From: Eledone cirrhosa
Taxonomy: Eukaryota
Direction of reading: 5' to 3'
DNA: 64,000 nucleotides
NCBI GenBank assembly: GCA_964016885.1
Contig: OZ024743.1
Coordinates: forward strand, 369,582,001 to 369,646,000
Part shown: piece by piece, positions 1 to 13,905 of the stretch
Position numbering within the stretch: position 1 is the first letter of the stretch
Layout of the letters: each line of letters begins with the position of its first letter
Notes under the pieces: generated by a model
What the model saw: only the letters and a program-made list of their open reading frames with translations
What the model was told of the DNA's origin: nothing
Databases searched by the model: none
Translations under genes and position numbers: made by a program

Positions 1-535
1 AAACTATACTCCAAACAACATTTAAAACATTTAATATATCAAAATATTAAAACTTTAAAATATATCCCTCATTCATCAACATTTCAGAACCACACCATCT
101 AAACATAATGTCTTGCTTAGCTGCCTTGGCTTATACATGGGGTTTGACTTTTTGCCTATTTCTCAGATATAAAATATTTGGATTGGCTTATATTTGAGTA
201 AAAACAGTATGTCAACCACAGTGATTTAGCCCAATGTGCTACTGTCCCCACCACCATCCACAACAGCAACAACAACAAGGATAAAAATGGTTTCTAACTT
301 GGGCAGAAAGCTAGACTTTAGGCATGGTGGAGTAGTAATTTAAATCATTCGATTGAACCTTAGAGGAATTGAATTCAGAATGTAGGACAGAGCTAATACT
401 ATAGGCTTTTTTTAACCATCTCTGTTAACTCATACTCTAAAACAACAACAATTAGAATTGAAGAGTATAGCAGTGACTTTTTTAATAATTATATTTGAAA
501 GAGAAGCAAATGTATTTATTTTATTTATATTTTAA

Positions 536-731
536 CCCTTTAGTGTTCAAACCGGCCAGAATTCTCTACGTTTTTCTGTTGAAACTGGCTGTAACTGGTC
601 GCTCAAACTGATGTTACGGTATTGTTCTCAAAATAAATACTTTAAAATATCATAGATTCGATATTATGTGAGGTAAAGCCTTTACCATGAAAATATAATA
701 GTATATATAAAATAATGTGAATGCTAAAGGG
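536..731. mobile_element. piggyBac-like MITE
   Basis: TTAA-CCCTTTAGTGTTCA...TGAATGCTAAAGGG-TTAA. Confidence 0.75.
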
Positions 732-2978
732 TTAAGGAGGACTTACTATATTTTAAACAAGTTTTGTTTTCTGTAAAAATATAGCTATATTTTAATATTC
801 TATTAATTCATGATATATTAGTAAACTATACAGAGGGAGAGATATAGATTCATGTGAAATTATCAATATCGAATCGAAAAGTAAGGAATTTTTATAGAGA
901 AATTAAACCATTTGTGCTTGTATGTGCATACACGTACATTAGGTTTTATCTTAGCTAATGGATATATTTTTTATGCTTAAGAAATGTTATTTTTCTTTTG
1001 GATAAAGAAAGTTTATATGTATCCATTCCTGCATTAAGTTTTCCACTGGTCTTTCCCAATTGATATGTAGGATATGAACCTTTAAAAGCATTGAAACTTT
1101 TCAATGTTACCATTTTTTATTTAAATAAACCTTACGCTAGAACATCAGAAGGACATATCAAGTATACAGTGCTTTCTATGTTCAAAATATATGACATCTA
1201 TGATTATTTTGCAAGTGATAAACATATTTCTAATAGTTTATAAAAGATGAATGAAATTTAACAAACATAAAACTATTTCTTACTCAATGGATTGAGATAG
1301 CTGATTGAGAAATGTTTAAGAAGCTGAATAACTGTCTCAAAAACTCATTCATATTCTTAATTGCATATCTCTTTGAAGATCTGTTGCATGCACGGATATC
1401 ACCTTCTTATTTTCTCTATTTTATAAGTGTTTAGCTTCATGTTTGTGTGAAATATGCATCTGGTCTACTGTAACAAGCTGTTTATTTATTCCAGCTGTTA
1501 CATTGAGACATGCTTGAAAATTGTATATTTGATGAATTGGAGGAATATTGCTTAGCAGAAATAAAAGAGGGGCTTATTTAAAGTTACAACTTATATAGAA
1601 ACCATATATTAATTGATCCATTGAGGAGAGCCTCTACACAGTCAATCAATCTGCCAGATGGGGAGGGGAGGGCACGTACAAGAATAATTAGAATACACAC
1701 CAAACCCCCAATTCTACATATCAAAGTTAACTGGCACAAGTAACTGGAATTGAAAGTTATACATAAAGGTATTAATTTCAAAATATTTTCATTCACTTTC
1801 CACACTGGCATGTGTTGGACAGGTTGTTGCAGTCTAAGACCAGACATATCGGAACAATCTCATCTTGCACATACATTACATATTCAGCATGGTTTCTATG
1901 ACTGGAAGCCCTTTCTAACATAACCACTTTAGAGTGTTTATTGGGTGCATTATTTTTACAATACCAGCATAACCACGTTACACAGTGACATCAAATAGTT
2001 TTTATTAGAATATTGTTCTGATAAGAACTTGATGTTTCTAAAGTTGAGAAAATTTGATGAATTTTTCTACAGTAAGGACATTAAATACTTTTTGTTATAA
2101 ATATAGTTCTCGTTGCCAAAGGGATAAAACTAAGAAGTCCAGCAGCAGGCAGAAATAAATTGCTACAACTGTTGCTGGTGGCCCCCCCCCCCCCCCCACA
2201 CACACAGCAAGGAGCCCTGGGAAATTGTCCTCATTGCCCCACCCCCATTAAATCCAGCCCTGACTGTACTAGAGAGGTTGTCGTATCTTTGACACAACTG
2301 AAGAGTCCTCCTGATCCTTTGTTTAGCAAGTTATTTATGGATGGATCCCTTCCTATCACCAACCCCTGTACAGGGTGCATTAATTATGTAGATCACCAAC
2401 ACCAGAAGGATTAACGGGCCCTTACGACAACTGAATCACACATTGTATAAATATACAAAAGACCCAGGGAGGGGTAGACTCCGAACAAGACCTCGAGCGA
2501 GATGGTTTGATAACATCCATGAACTCAGATGACCTCGCTTGGGGATTCAGCCAGATCAATTGGAGACAGTTGCTTCTGATAGGACCCATGGGAAGGCATG
2601 CTTGAGGACTCCTCCAAAAATAAGTGAGTAAAGAAGGGATGTAAGTTCAAATTTTCTGTCAGTAATTAAGCTTCTCAGTTCCCCTATTTCTACAATAGTA
2701 AAAATGTGGCAAACAGCTTGGTACAATTGAAATCCCTTTTTGCACTGGTTTAGTACTACAAAAGGTAGATATGTTTTTGAAGCTCATTTCAAATAATCTC
2801 TTGTGTATGTGAATGTTGGAGGTTTATGGAAGGGATTATTGAGAACAAATTTGTGCTACTAGTATCAGAACATTGAGTGAAGAAATATTGTAAATATCAA
2901 TGAACTTCTGTTGAAGTTCTTTTACACTGAAATCAAATAACATTAAAAACGCTAATGGTGATGATTATCATCATTTAA

Positions 2979-3018
<40 letters not shown>

Positions 3019-3744
3019 AAATTGTTTAATGTAAAATTCTTGTCATTCGACTGAATTTTTCTGATCTAATGGAAATTATTTTTCTCTGGATTAGCAATAT
3101 TTCCAAGCGGTGGCAACTGATGTTCCGGAAAAGCCAGGGATCTGTTGTATGGTTTCACATTCTCCTTAGTGCTCAGGGAAGGTTGACATGTCTTTGACAT
3201 AACTGAGGGTCCTCCCAACACTTTGTTTGGCAACCTTTCTATGGCTGGATGCCCTTCCCATTACCAACAGTCTTTTCTCATGCACACTACATCCAATACC
3301 TCTTATGCTACATTTTTCTCTCAGTTTGCTTATGCTATGTCGTTCATGCACACTAACATTACACAAACCATCGTAGCATATTCAACTCATTTATTTCTAG
3401 CCTCCACAGATCTTCTGCCATCAAGGCCCTTGTTTCACTGCCACATGACATTGCAGTTCATACACAATCATCATACAGTCTACCCTTGACTCGGAGTGAA
3501 AAGCATTTTGTTGTTAGCAGATTTTTAATGTTTTAACATGTCTGACTCCTTTGCACATATATACTACCATCTCAAAAGTGTAGTAGAATGTATAGCATTG
3601 TTTTCAAGATTCCACTTATTTGTCTGGAATGGGGTTTGTTCTGTCCCCAGACTAATCTTAACTATAATAAAGTAAGGAGTGCGGGACTGCATCCAGAATA
3701 AATTTTTTTATCCCGTTTGTAAAATAAGTTCGATTACTTTGAAT

Positions 3745-4130
3745 AAATAATTGTTTCTACTTTTGGCACAAGGCCAGCAATTATTCAGTGCATTACTGGT
3801 ACTTTATTTTATCGACCCCCATAAGGATGAAAAGCATAGTTAACCTCGGCGGGATTTGAACTCAGAATGGCAAGGGCCGTAACTCAATGCGTCAAAGCAT
3901 GGCGTCCGACCCTCTATCGATACTGCCAATCCACCGAATAAATAATTGTTTCTACTTTTGGCACAAGGCCAGCAATTACCCAATGCATTACTGGTACTTT
4001 ATTCTATCGACCCCGGAAGGATGAAAGGCAAAGTTAACCTCGGCGGGATTTGAACTCAGATCATACAGGGAGGTAACTCTATGCTTCAAAGCATGGCATC
4101 CGATCCTCTACCGATACTGCCAATCCACCT
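3745..4130 (-). mobile_element. Tandem dimer of a second tRNA-derived SINE (resembles octopus OK/OR-type SINEs)
   Basis: Two units of about 190 bp. Minus strand TGGCAGTATCG...GAGTTCAAATCCCGCCGAGG...GGGGTCGATAAAATAAAGTACCAGT. Other copies at about 58585-58770, 45335-45500 and 11300-11405. Confidence 0.8.
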
Positions 4131-4879
4131 CCTGTGATTATGACTTTCTACACGCTGACCCGTATGATTGTGCACATACATACATCTATATTGATGAGTA
4201 TATAACTATAATCGCGCAAACACAAACTTATAAAAATACACCCTCACGGACATACATTCAGATAAATACACATACTTTCACACATATACATACGTACATT
4301 CACACATGCATACATGCATTTACACAAACACACGCATACAGTCATGATAGCGTTCAGTGAATTGGAAACGGGAGGGTAAAACAAGTATAACCTTTTATTT
4401 ATTTATTATTAACACATTTTAACTCTTTTTCTTTTTTTTAAAAATGCATTTGTATAAAAATTTAATATAATGCTTACAGAATGAAAACACTAACAAATAT
4501 AATATATATGCTGTAGCTTTCACCCTTACTGCTGCATCTAGGATGTGGGAAGAAGCAAAAGAGTCACTAATATATACATTTACACAAACACGCACACACA
4601 GTCATGATAGCGTTCGGTGAATTGGAAATGGAAGGGTTAAAAGTACAACTTTTTATTTATTTAGTTTAACTCTTTTTTTTTTTTAAACTCATTTATATAA
4701 AAATTTAATATAATGATTACAGAACGAAAACACTAACAAATATAATATATACAAAGGAAAGGGAAAGGAAAAAAAGAAAGAGAAAAATACACAAGCACGT
4801 AATACCCACATCTTAGATCCAATAGAACAATATGCAGACAAAAGAATGGAAAAACAAGACGCTACCAGAGCAAAAGATA

Positions 4880-5370
4880 GCAATATAGCGAGGAGCACTG
4901 GGAAACCTCTCTAATAATTTTTGAGGCAGGCCAGAACGCTCGTGGCGTTACCTGGGGTGATGGCGAGGCTGAGGTGCTGGAACAACCAAGTGCTCTCACG
5001 AGCATCACTAGTTACCTCTGTTTGGCGAGCCACCAGTGAAGATAAGAACCTCCCTGTCAGTAACCCGACTCCCCCAAACGTCTCGAATGCCACAGGCTGG
5101 ATAATGTAATTAGCTGACAGAACACAGTATTTTAGGATTTTGTTCCGTTCAGCTGCGGATGCTGTAGCTATCGCCCTTACCGCTGTATCCAGAATGTGGG
5201 AAGAAGCAAAAGAGTCACTAACTGTGACGTCCCAGGTAAGGCACCTGCCTCTTAACCAGGGGCACAGAGTAAGACTGTCAAGTCTTTTCCCATCAATTCA
5301 GGACAACCCAGACAGTTTCAAAATTGAGGGGATGTTTGCCCGGGGCCAAAGCTGTTGAGGGGTAATAGGA
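4880..5370 (-). mobile_element. CRE-like non-LTR retrotransposon 3' fragment (restriction-like endonuclease), with duplicated 3' pieces at about 4317-4750
   Basis: Minus-strand peptides DSLTLCPWLRGRCLTWDVTVSDS, AERNKILKY and AFETFGG...WLFQHLSLAITPGNATSVL. 4509-4570 duplicates 5160-5221. Confidence 0.75.
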
Positions 5371-5699
5371 CAGTGTGTGTATGTGCATGCGCAAGTTTGT
5401 CGGTGTTCTTAAATTAGAGACGTGTGTGTGCCACTGTTTTCAAGTTAGACATATATGTGTGTATCCTTTTCCTTCCTTTTACACACACATGCATTCATAC
5501 AAACACACATACACATTGTGTGATGGACGGGTGAACAGAAGTTCCTCAAATTTATATACATGTGAATGGAGCTCTTCTGAAGTAGTTAGAGGAGTTCAAG
5601 TATTGTGGAGCCGTGTTCATGGGTGATGGAATGCAGGAGGCTGAATTAAGTGCAAGAATTGCAAAAGCTGATACATTAATGCGCCAATCTCAGCAATCA

Positions 5700-6200
5700 G
5701 AAGAAGGGGGTAGGTGTAAAAGCCAAATTCGCTGTCTTCCTGGTATTCCTGCCAACTCTTTTTGAGGATCATGAATCTTGAGTAATGACCAAAGGAATAC
5801 AATTGCAAATAAAAGCGGCAGAAATGGGATTCATTCGAAGGGTCTTTGGAGTAACGTTACTCGATAAAGTGCATAGCTCAGAGACTAGAGAGTCACTCCT
5901 GGTAGAGCCGCTACTTCTCCGAATTGAGAGATCACAACTCCGATACTATGTACATGTAGTTAGAATGTCTCAGTAAAGAATCGCTGGACACATTTTACAG
6001 GCAAAAACCAACCGTCAAGGGACCCAGAGATAGATCCTGAGCAAGATAGTTGGATAACATCCATGAGCTTGGCTGGTTGCGCTTTGGGATCCAGCTGCAT
6101 CAGTTAGAGATGTTTGCTTCTGACAGACTCGCTGGAAGAGTGTTTGAGAAGGACTCTGCCCCCATGACCCTCTCAGAAATAAGTGGGCGAAGAAGATATT
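5700..6200 (+). mobile_element. RTE (second family) 3' fragment
   Basis: KAAEMGFIRRVFGVTLLDKV...IERSQLRYYVHVVRM. Confidence 0.75.
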
Positions 6201-6684
6201 GTCAATTTACTTTTTAATTTACATATATATATTTGCGTATAATACCAACATGCACACTACATATGCTAGTTGAAAACTGCCCGAAGGGCGGATTGTCTGC
6301 TAGTACTGATAATTAAGAAAACAAAATAAAAATATATAATGAGTAGTTCCGGGAGATTTTATTTGAAGTCTTTTCTCTGGAAATGAGAACAAAGCATTTT
6401 TGTTGTAAATGTTTCATGAAATATCTACTGCACAAGAAATAAGTGCTTTTTCAGCTTTATCTCATGGAAGTGCATAATACAGGCGCTGGCATGGCTGTGT
6501 GGTTAAGGAATTAACTTCGCAATCATGTAGTTCTCGGTTCATTTTCATAGCAGTGTCTTGGGTTCACTTATGCTTTGTGAGTGGAATTTCGTAGATGGAA
6601 ACTGCAGAAGCCAATCGTGTGTGTGTGTGTGTGTGTGTACATACGTACATGTACACACACACATACATACAGGCATATATATAT

Positions 6685-6879
6685 AAGAGGGAGCGCTGAA
6701 AAGTTCCTGGCTTTAAGGGTATTGCAAAAGGGTAGGGCTGTTACATTTACAAGAATGGTATGACTGCTGCAATTAGTGTGTGTGAATCTGAGAGGAGAAT
6801 ATGTTGAATAAAATCATAATTAACTGATTCTCCTGTATTTTCTTTTATCCAAAGCCAGGAATGTTTCAGCACCCCCTTG
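6685..6879. mobile_element. mariner-derived MITE
   Basis: AGAGGGAGCGCTGAAAAGTTCCTGGCTTT and AAAGCCAGGAATGTTTCAGCACCCCCTTG form imperfect TIRs. Confidence 0.7.
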
Positions 6880-7149
6880 AATCTCACACACACATGCATA
6901 TATATATCCACTACTTTGGCCTTTAGCTAAAATGTTGAGAGCTTTCCATTGATAAAGCAATATAGTTGATGGTCTGCACTTTTTGCACAGTGCAGCCACT
7001 GAGAAATGCAATGCATTTACTCAATCAGTCTATGTTGTGGAAACTATGACAAATAGCCTATGGTAAGCACTCTGATTTCGAAGTTGTTGTCACCTTAAAT
7101 TCTCATATGTCTGTGATTAATTTCAACAATTCTATTTAGTTTAAAACAT

Positions 7150-7525
7150 CCAATCATACCTCCTTTTGACATGAACATGGGTGCCAGCGATTTGGCAGCA
7201 ATCACAGACCATATTGGTCTATTTTTACTCTTTTCCATCAAGGATAAATTCCCTAACATAGACAGAGGTCTTTACCGTGATGATGGTCTTTTGACTAAGA
7301 CTAGGTGTGGACCCCGGGCTATTGATATGTTTAGAAAGGAACTTATCAATTTCTTTAAAGGCTTCAACCTTTCCATTCAAGCTGAGGCCAACCTAACTGT
7401 TGTGAATTTCCTAGATGTGACACTCAATTCATTCAATGACCTGTACTACCTATATAGAAAGCCTAATGATATGTGAAATAACATTAGTAAGCATTCTAAC
7501 CATCCAGACAGTATAACTAAAAGAA
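7150..7525 (+). mobile_element. Penelope-like element reverse transcriptase fragment (Naiad/Chlamys-like), degenerate
   Basis: FDMNMGASD...GLYRDDGL...VNFLDVTLN...YRKPN..*..SKHSNHP are PLE RT and thumb motifs. Confidence 0.85.
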
Positions 7526-7862
7526 GCCAGAAACAATTCTGTATGAGCAATACACAGTCACGTGACCTGACTTTCCTCAAACAGGACAATCTGTCTAACC
7601 CTTGCTAGTGTGGAAAAAGGACATTAAATGATGATGATATGTATGTATATTGTATATGTATTGTATATGTCTATACAATATGTATATATATTTATGTGTG
7701 TGTGTATATATGTATATATATATATACACACACACATACAAACATACATACACACGTACATACAAACATATGTATGTAAAAGGTAAACAGAAATAACAAC
7801 ACAATCGGTACAGTATATGGAAGGTATATATTAGGTTAACGCTTGATATAGCTGGAAGAGGG

Positions 7863-7898
7863 TCTTAACGTTTCGGACGCTAGTCCTTCATCAGAAAA
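7863..7898 (-). ncRNA. Minimal type I hammerhead ribozyme of Penelope type
   Basis: Minus strand TTTT-CTGATGA-A-GGAC TAGC GTCC-GAA-ACGT-T-AAGA, in a short island between simple repeats. Confidence 0.7.
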
Positions 7899-8828
7899 AA
7901 GAATGAGAAATAGGATAGATTGAGGGGACGGGCTGGTTGGAATTGGAAAAAATGTCTTATACACATACATGTATATATATTTATATATATATATATATAT
8001 ATATATGAATGTTATTTGTTAGTAGGTGTATGTATATGCATGTGTGTGTGTATATACGAGTATATGTATGTACACATTTGTGCGCTCACATGCAATCACA
8101 CATGTGCATATGTGTATACATACATGTGTATATATGTGTGTGTATAATTTTTATATACTATATCTTCACTTACAGATGCATCCACGCCGGTCAGGGCATA
8201 CTCATGTACGAGCCTACATCCGAAAATATTACTATTAATGTTTTCATTATTATTATTATTACTTTTGCTATCATTAATACCTTCAGTATTTTAATGTTTA
8301 ATCATTTTCCTTATATGGTAGTTGGAAATCATTTGGCTATTCCAAAAAGAATGTTTGGTCTCCTGATATTTTAATACTAAAAATATGCTTTTACCATAGC
8401 AAGAATTTATTCTCACTCCACATAATGACGTAATTATTCTTGCATACATTTTGCCTATCTCAAGAGAACGTCCTCACACGTTACCGTTATGTCTTTTTTT
8501 TTTTAAGGCAATATTTGGTTGCAACTTTTTTTACTTCTGCATCTACAGATTAATTTTGTGTGTGTATATATATATATATATATATAACAATATATTTAGA
8601 AACACACAGATACATGCGGACACACACATATATACATGAATGCATCCGTACCCAACTGTGAGTTAAGGGTGCCAACTTCACCGATGTTGCTCAATGAATG
8701 ACTGGGACAGACCAATTCAGTTGAACTAGACTGAACCAGTATCAGAGTTAAAAATACATTATGAAGAGAGAAGAAACATTTAGATATAATTAGTAATAAA
8801 ATGTATCATACCCAAACTGCTCCTAAAT

Positions 8829-8916
8829 TCCTCGACTACGTAGTTTCGTGGCATAAACAAAAACAATATATCAAAGATATAGAGTCCTTGCGAGGTCTGC
8901 CAACTTATCAAGAGGA
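8829..8916 (-). ncRNA. Type I hammerhead ribozyme, U3-A8 core variant, long stem II insert (family A)
   Basis: Minus strand: UCCUC-UUGAUAA-GUUGGCA...UGCCAC-GAA-ACUACGUAGU-C-GAGGA. Stem I UCCUC/GAGGA, palindromic stem III, GUC cleavage triplet. Confidence 0.75.
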
Positions 8917-9421
8917 TACCTCATTTTACTAGTCTCAAGAACGCGTCTACACGACGTGAGAAAGAATCTCAAAAGGCGGAGGGGGCGATAGTCACGCGAT
9001 ATAACGGTCGAGAAACAGAGCTAAGCCTCTTATAACCACGAAGAAAATACCACGGAGGCGGAGGGGGTATTCATATCGAGGCCGTAGAAGAGGTGGTGAA
9101 GAAGGCGAGAAGTATGAGTAATGGAAGCTTTCCAGTTGTCCCCACACTTCAAAGATTGCTCGACCAGAGGGAGTTATTAACAATATATTTAGAAACACAC
9201 AGATACATGCGGACACACACATATATACATGAATGCATCCGTACCCAACTGTGAGTTAAGGGTGCCAACTTCACCGATGTTGCTCAATGAATGACTGGGA
9301 CAGACCAATTCAGTTGAACTAGACTGAACCAGTATCAGAGTTAAAAATACATTATGAAGAGAGAAGAAACATTTAGATATAATTAGTAATAAAATGTATC
9401 ATACCCAAACTGCTCCTAAAT

Positions 9422-9509
9422 TCCTCGACTACGTAGTTTCGTGGCATAAACAAAAACAATATATCAAAGATATAGAGTCCTTGCGAGGTCTGCCAACTTA
9501 TCAAGAGGA
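9422..9509 (-). ncRNA. Second tandem copy of the family A hammerhead
   Basis: Same motif 593 nt from the first copy. Confidence 0.75.
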
Positions 9510-9789
9510 TACCTCATTTTACTAGTCTCAAGAACGCGTCTACACGACGTGAGAAAGAATCCCAAAAGGCGGAGGGGGCGATAGTCACGCGATATAACGG
9601 TCGAGAAACAGAGCTAAGCCTCTTATAACCACGAAGAAAATACCACGGAGGCGGAGGGGGTATTCATATCGAGGCCGATATATTGTTTTTGTTTATGCCA
9701 CGAAACTACGTAGTCGAGGAATTTAGGAGCAGTTTGGGTATGATACATTTTATTACTAATTATATCTAAATGTTTCTTCTCTCTTCATA

Positions 9790-9848
<59 letters not shown>

Positions 9849-10783
9849 AGGTATACGAAAAGTTATTGATATTATTTCAGCAATCTCCGGCCATGACTCA
9901 CTCACTCAATGAATCAATAAGATTGCAGTAGTGAAACTGCATCTCAATGTTCAGAGTACACACACAATAGTTAATAGCGAATACAATAACTGTGTTTTGG
10001 TAAAGATATGTCATGTATCTATCTCCTGGATGGAATCTGTTTCTGTGCAATATACTTCACAACCACAGATATTAAAACTGCAGTGTGCAGAATATTGTGT
10101 ATTATCAGCAGATGTTTCACAATTGGGCAATTGTACTTCCTCAGCACACACGCACACACTGTGTAGCCGTGTCTGTTTATTTCTAACAAAAATGAGATCG
10201 ATGAAATAAGTACTAGACATGAAAAATGAAAAGTACTGGGTTTGATAGGCTCCAGCATGGTCACAGTCAGATAACTGAAACCACTAAAAGAATAAAAGAA
10301 AGAAAGAACATGAGCAATAGAAATTGTATGTGTACGTGTGTATTTGGCAGGGAGATTATAACATTTTTAAAATCGTTTAAATTTCAAAATTCTGTTCTGT
10401 TAATTAATTTTTTGGCTCTTGTTATATTTATGTATACAGCCATAAATAATTGGGGTGGAATAGGATGGGTGGGGTATAAAACCTACAGCCAACATGTCTC
10501 AATCTCTCTCCCTATTTCACTCTCTCACTCTTTTAATCTCTTTCTCACTTTTCTCTTTTACATTCTTGCTTACTTTTTCACTCCTTTACACTCCCATTTG
10601 CAAGAACAGTTTACCCATACCCCACCCCCTTCAAGACACCAACACACACACACAGTATACACATCTGCATGTACATATTTTACTCATGCCCACACACACG
10701 TTCACATGTACATATTTTAGTCATACACACACTCACACATAGAGTATACACATTTGCATGTGCATGTTTTACTCAGTCATGCA

Positions 10784-10842
<59 letters not shown>

Positions 10843-12386
10843 GAACTTTCACATGTATTCTACTCACATATTTACTCATGCATACACACATACATGTAGA
10901 CAATTACTCATACATGTGCACTCACTCACTGACACAAAATCTAACAAAGCTTTTTTTAAGTCAGACTGTTCTGACTGTCTATGGCAGTTGTTGTTGCTGT
11001 TGTTGTTCCTATGAGTAGTTAAATCCTTCTAAAATCACATTCTTGTTTTTTAACTCTTTCATTACCATATTTCTAATGAAATACACCATACTTCACTTAA
11101 TAAATGAGGAATTTAGAGGTGTTTGCTAAAATTATTGTTTCATTATTAAGATAGCATTTATAATGAATGGTTCTAAGATTAAATTAATTTGGATGATTTT
11201 AATTTTGGCCATGTTGATATTAAAAGGGTTAAAAAATGATTACAAGGATACATTGGATAATGTAGTTCTAGATACACACACAATATCTTTCAATATCCTT
11301 ATGGGGGTCGATAAAATAAAGTACCAGTAATACACTGGGGTCGATTTAATTGGCTTTCTCCTCTCTCAAAATTGTTTGCCTTGTGCCTAAATTAGACAGC
11401 ATTATTAGGGCCAACCTAGTGCTAAACCTCAACATAACCACAGCCAATTTAAACAACATCTTATTAGTTTTTCTAGTAGGTTGGGTTTAAAGAATCACAT
11501 ACGTAAATGCATTTTAATGTACAAATGAGAGGGGAAAAGTACTCAATGCTTGTACAGTTATTCAAAGCTGAGGGGTTGCTACTCATTTATGCAGCACTTC
11601 CACTTTGAGTGGTGACAAAGGGAGACCTCAGCTTCAAGTAAAATGTTTAGCATGCAAACATTTCTTGTAATCAACTAAAGAAAAAAGTACTCAATATATA
11701 ATGTACAGTATAATTATATTATTCTATTTATTTGGCTGATTCCTGTATCCTACTTCTTAGACAGTTTTAACAGTTATTTTCAAATTTATTTATTTTTTTA
11801 AATTTAATTTAGTTTGAAATGTTTCTTTGTTTTTTAATGTAAATCAATTTTGTTGGCCATGATCAAGCAAACCTCAGATCAGAGGTTTTCATTCAAACTA
11901 TGACCATCCCATCTTTTTTCCTATGTACAGGGAACCAGGACACATTATCCAACATGTCTTTTTTTAAGATAGTGGGATATTATTTGAGGGAAATTTGGCT
12001 GGTGGTTATGCTAGCAGCTATGATTATATTGCAGTGATTATATTGTCTTACTGACCTCCTGATAATATCTTGGTTTTATCTTGAGAGAGAGAGAGAAAGC
12101 AAGCAAGCAATGTTCATTTCTGTATGAGCCATTAGCATAGGCATGCGTGCAAAATGCATGCATGCATGCATTTTCACTTACTCACACATGTCCTACATAC
12201 ACACCTCAATATAATGGATGCATATGCTAAAAAGAAAAAATTAACATATAGTACATGCAATATGCTGTGTGCACACACTCACTTGCATACATATAGATTC
12301 CACAAGCTACTCACACAGACACTTAAAAGTATTTACATGCTTGTATACATATACACACAGTAGTTACTAGTGTAGCTATTAGAGAC

Positions 12387-12419
<33 letters not shown>

Positions 12420-13325
12420 ATTGAGAATAACAGTTGTATGAAAGAGTGTAGGTTAGTCAGTGCTTCCTTTTCAATCTTTCCATATAGTTATAGACCAGTT
12501 ACTCCAGCTGTCAGCACTGCTGGGCTCTCTTTTATCTAGCAGTTTTTGTCTATCTATCATTCTTTCTTCTATACCTATCTCTCTTTCTTACACGCACACG
12601 CGCGCACACACATACACACATTGGTTATTTTTCTTCAGAATTTCTATCAATATTATCATGTACACATGGCATTATATATTAAGATATATTAATATTAATG
12701 GACAGGTGAGAACAACAACTTGTTTGTATTTTCTACTGCACACCAAGTTGCCTTTCTTGGACAACACTGATACTTATATAAACTTTCTTTGTTAATTTGT
12801 TACATTTTATTCTTTATTCTGAACCAACTGGTCTTTAATTCATATATCTTTTTTGACTTTGTCTATTTTACTGTTTTCTTGTCATGGTGTTTTCACTCTG
12901 CCCAACTATTCTTTAATTAGATTTTCTTTACTCTCAAAATCTTTATCTCAATATATTTTTCTGATGGAATCTTCAGTTGGGAATCTTATTTTATTTTATT
13001 AATGTTTTAGTCTATTGGTATATAGATGCTTTTATTATACCATGCAAGGAAACTCTACCTCCCTCCTCCTGTCCTATTTTATTATTATTTCAGAATCACC
13101 TTGCAAGTAACAAAATCGTTTTGGAGTGTGTTGTAAATGGTAGTCGCTACCACTAACACAGAAACACAAAGAGAATGTTAAAATGCAAGTGTCTCTCCCA
13201 TTTCATTTGGGTAACAAAGCTAGCAACATGAGAGAGGGAGCATTGATCTTTCTTTTCTACTGTTATTAATCAATCTCCTCTTTTGTAGTCATTGATGCGG
13301 CTTGTTAATGATTGAATGAAAGTCT

Positions 13326-13648
13326 GTATATATATATATTTATATATATATTTATATATATATTTATATGTATGTATGTATATATATATGTATGTATATA
13401 TATATGTATATATGTATGTATATATATATGTATATATATATGTATGTATATATGTATGTATATATATATGTATGTATGTATATATGTATGTATATATATA
13501 TATGTATATATGTATGTATATATATATATGTATGTATGTATATGTATGTATTTATATATGTATGTATATATATATGTATGTATGTATGTATGTATATATA
13601 TGTATATATGTATGTATGTATATATGTATGTATATATGTATGTGTATA

Positions 13649-13721
<73 letters not shown>

Positions 13722-13802
13722 ATATATATATATATATGTATGTATATATGTATGTATGTATGTATATATATATATATGTATGTATATATATATATATGTA
13801 TG

Positions 13803-13833
<31 letters not shown>

Positions 13834-13850
13834 GTATGTATATATGTATG

Positions 13851-13886
<36 letters not shown>

Positions 13887-13905
13887 TGTATGTATGTATA
13901 TATAT
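13326..13905. repeat. (TA)n/(TATG)n compound microsatellite
   Basis: Direct reading. Confidence 0.98.

Larger units (their letters stand above)
8586..9794 (-). mobile_element. Family A non-autonomous PLE-like/retrozyme-like element: 593-bp tandem unit (about 1.8 copies) plus inverted terminal fragment, in (TA)n
   Basis: Unit start repeats at 8588 and 9181. 9678-9794 is the reverse complement of an internal unit segment. (TA)n on both sides. HHR fold in each unit. Confidence 0.85.

Noticed and set aside
6268-6305. TTGAAAA followed by hairpin CTGCCC-GAA-GGGCGG, resembling a U3-A8 HHR 5' half
   Set aside because: No GAAA box after the stem and no stem I pairing.
8992-9222. 76-aa ORF in the family A unit (also 41628-41909)
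   Set aside because: It spans the tandem junction, shows no recognisable domain, and is repeated only because the element is repeated.
8588-9677. Direct repeats as LTRs or a CRISPR-like array
   Set aside because: The units are directly adjacent, with no TG...CA ends, primer-binding site, internal region or spacers.
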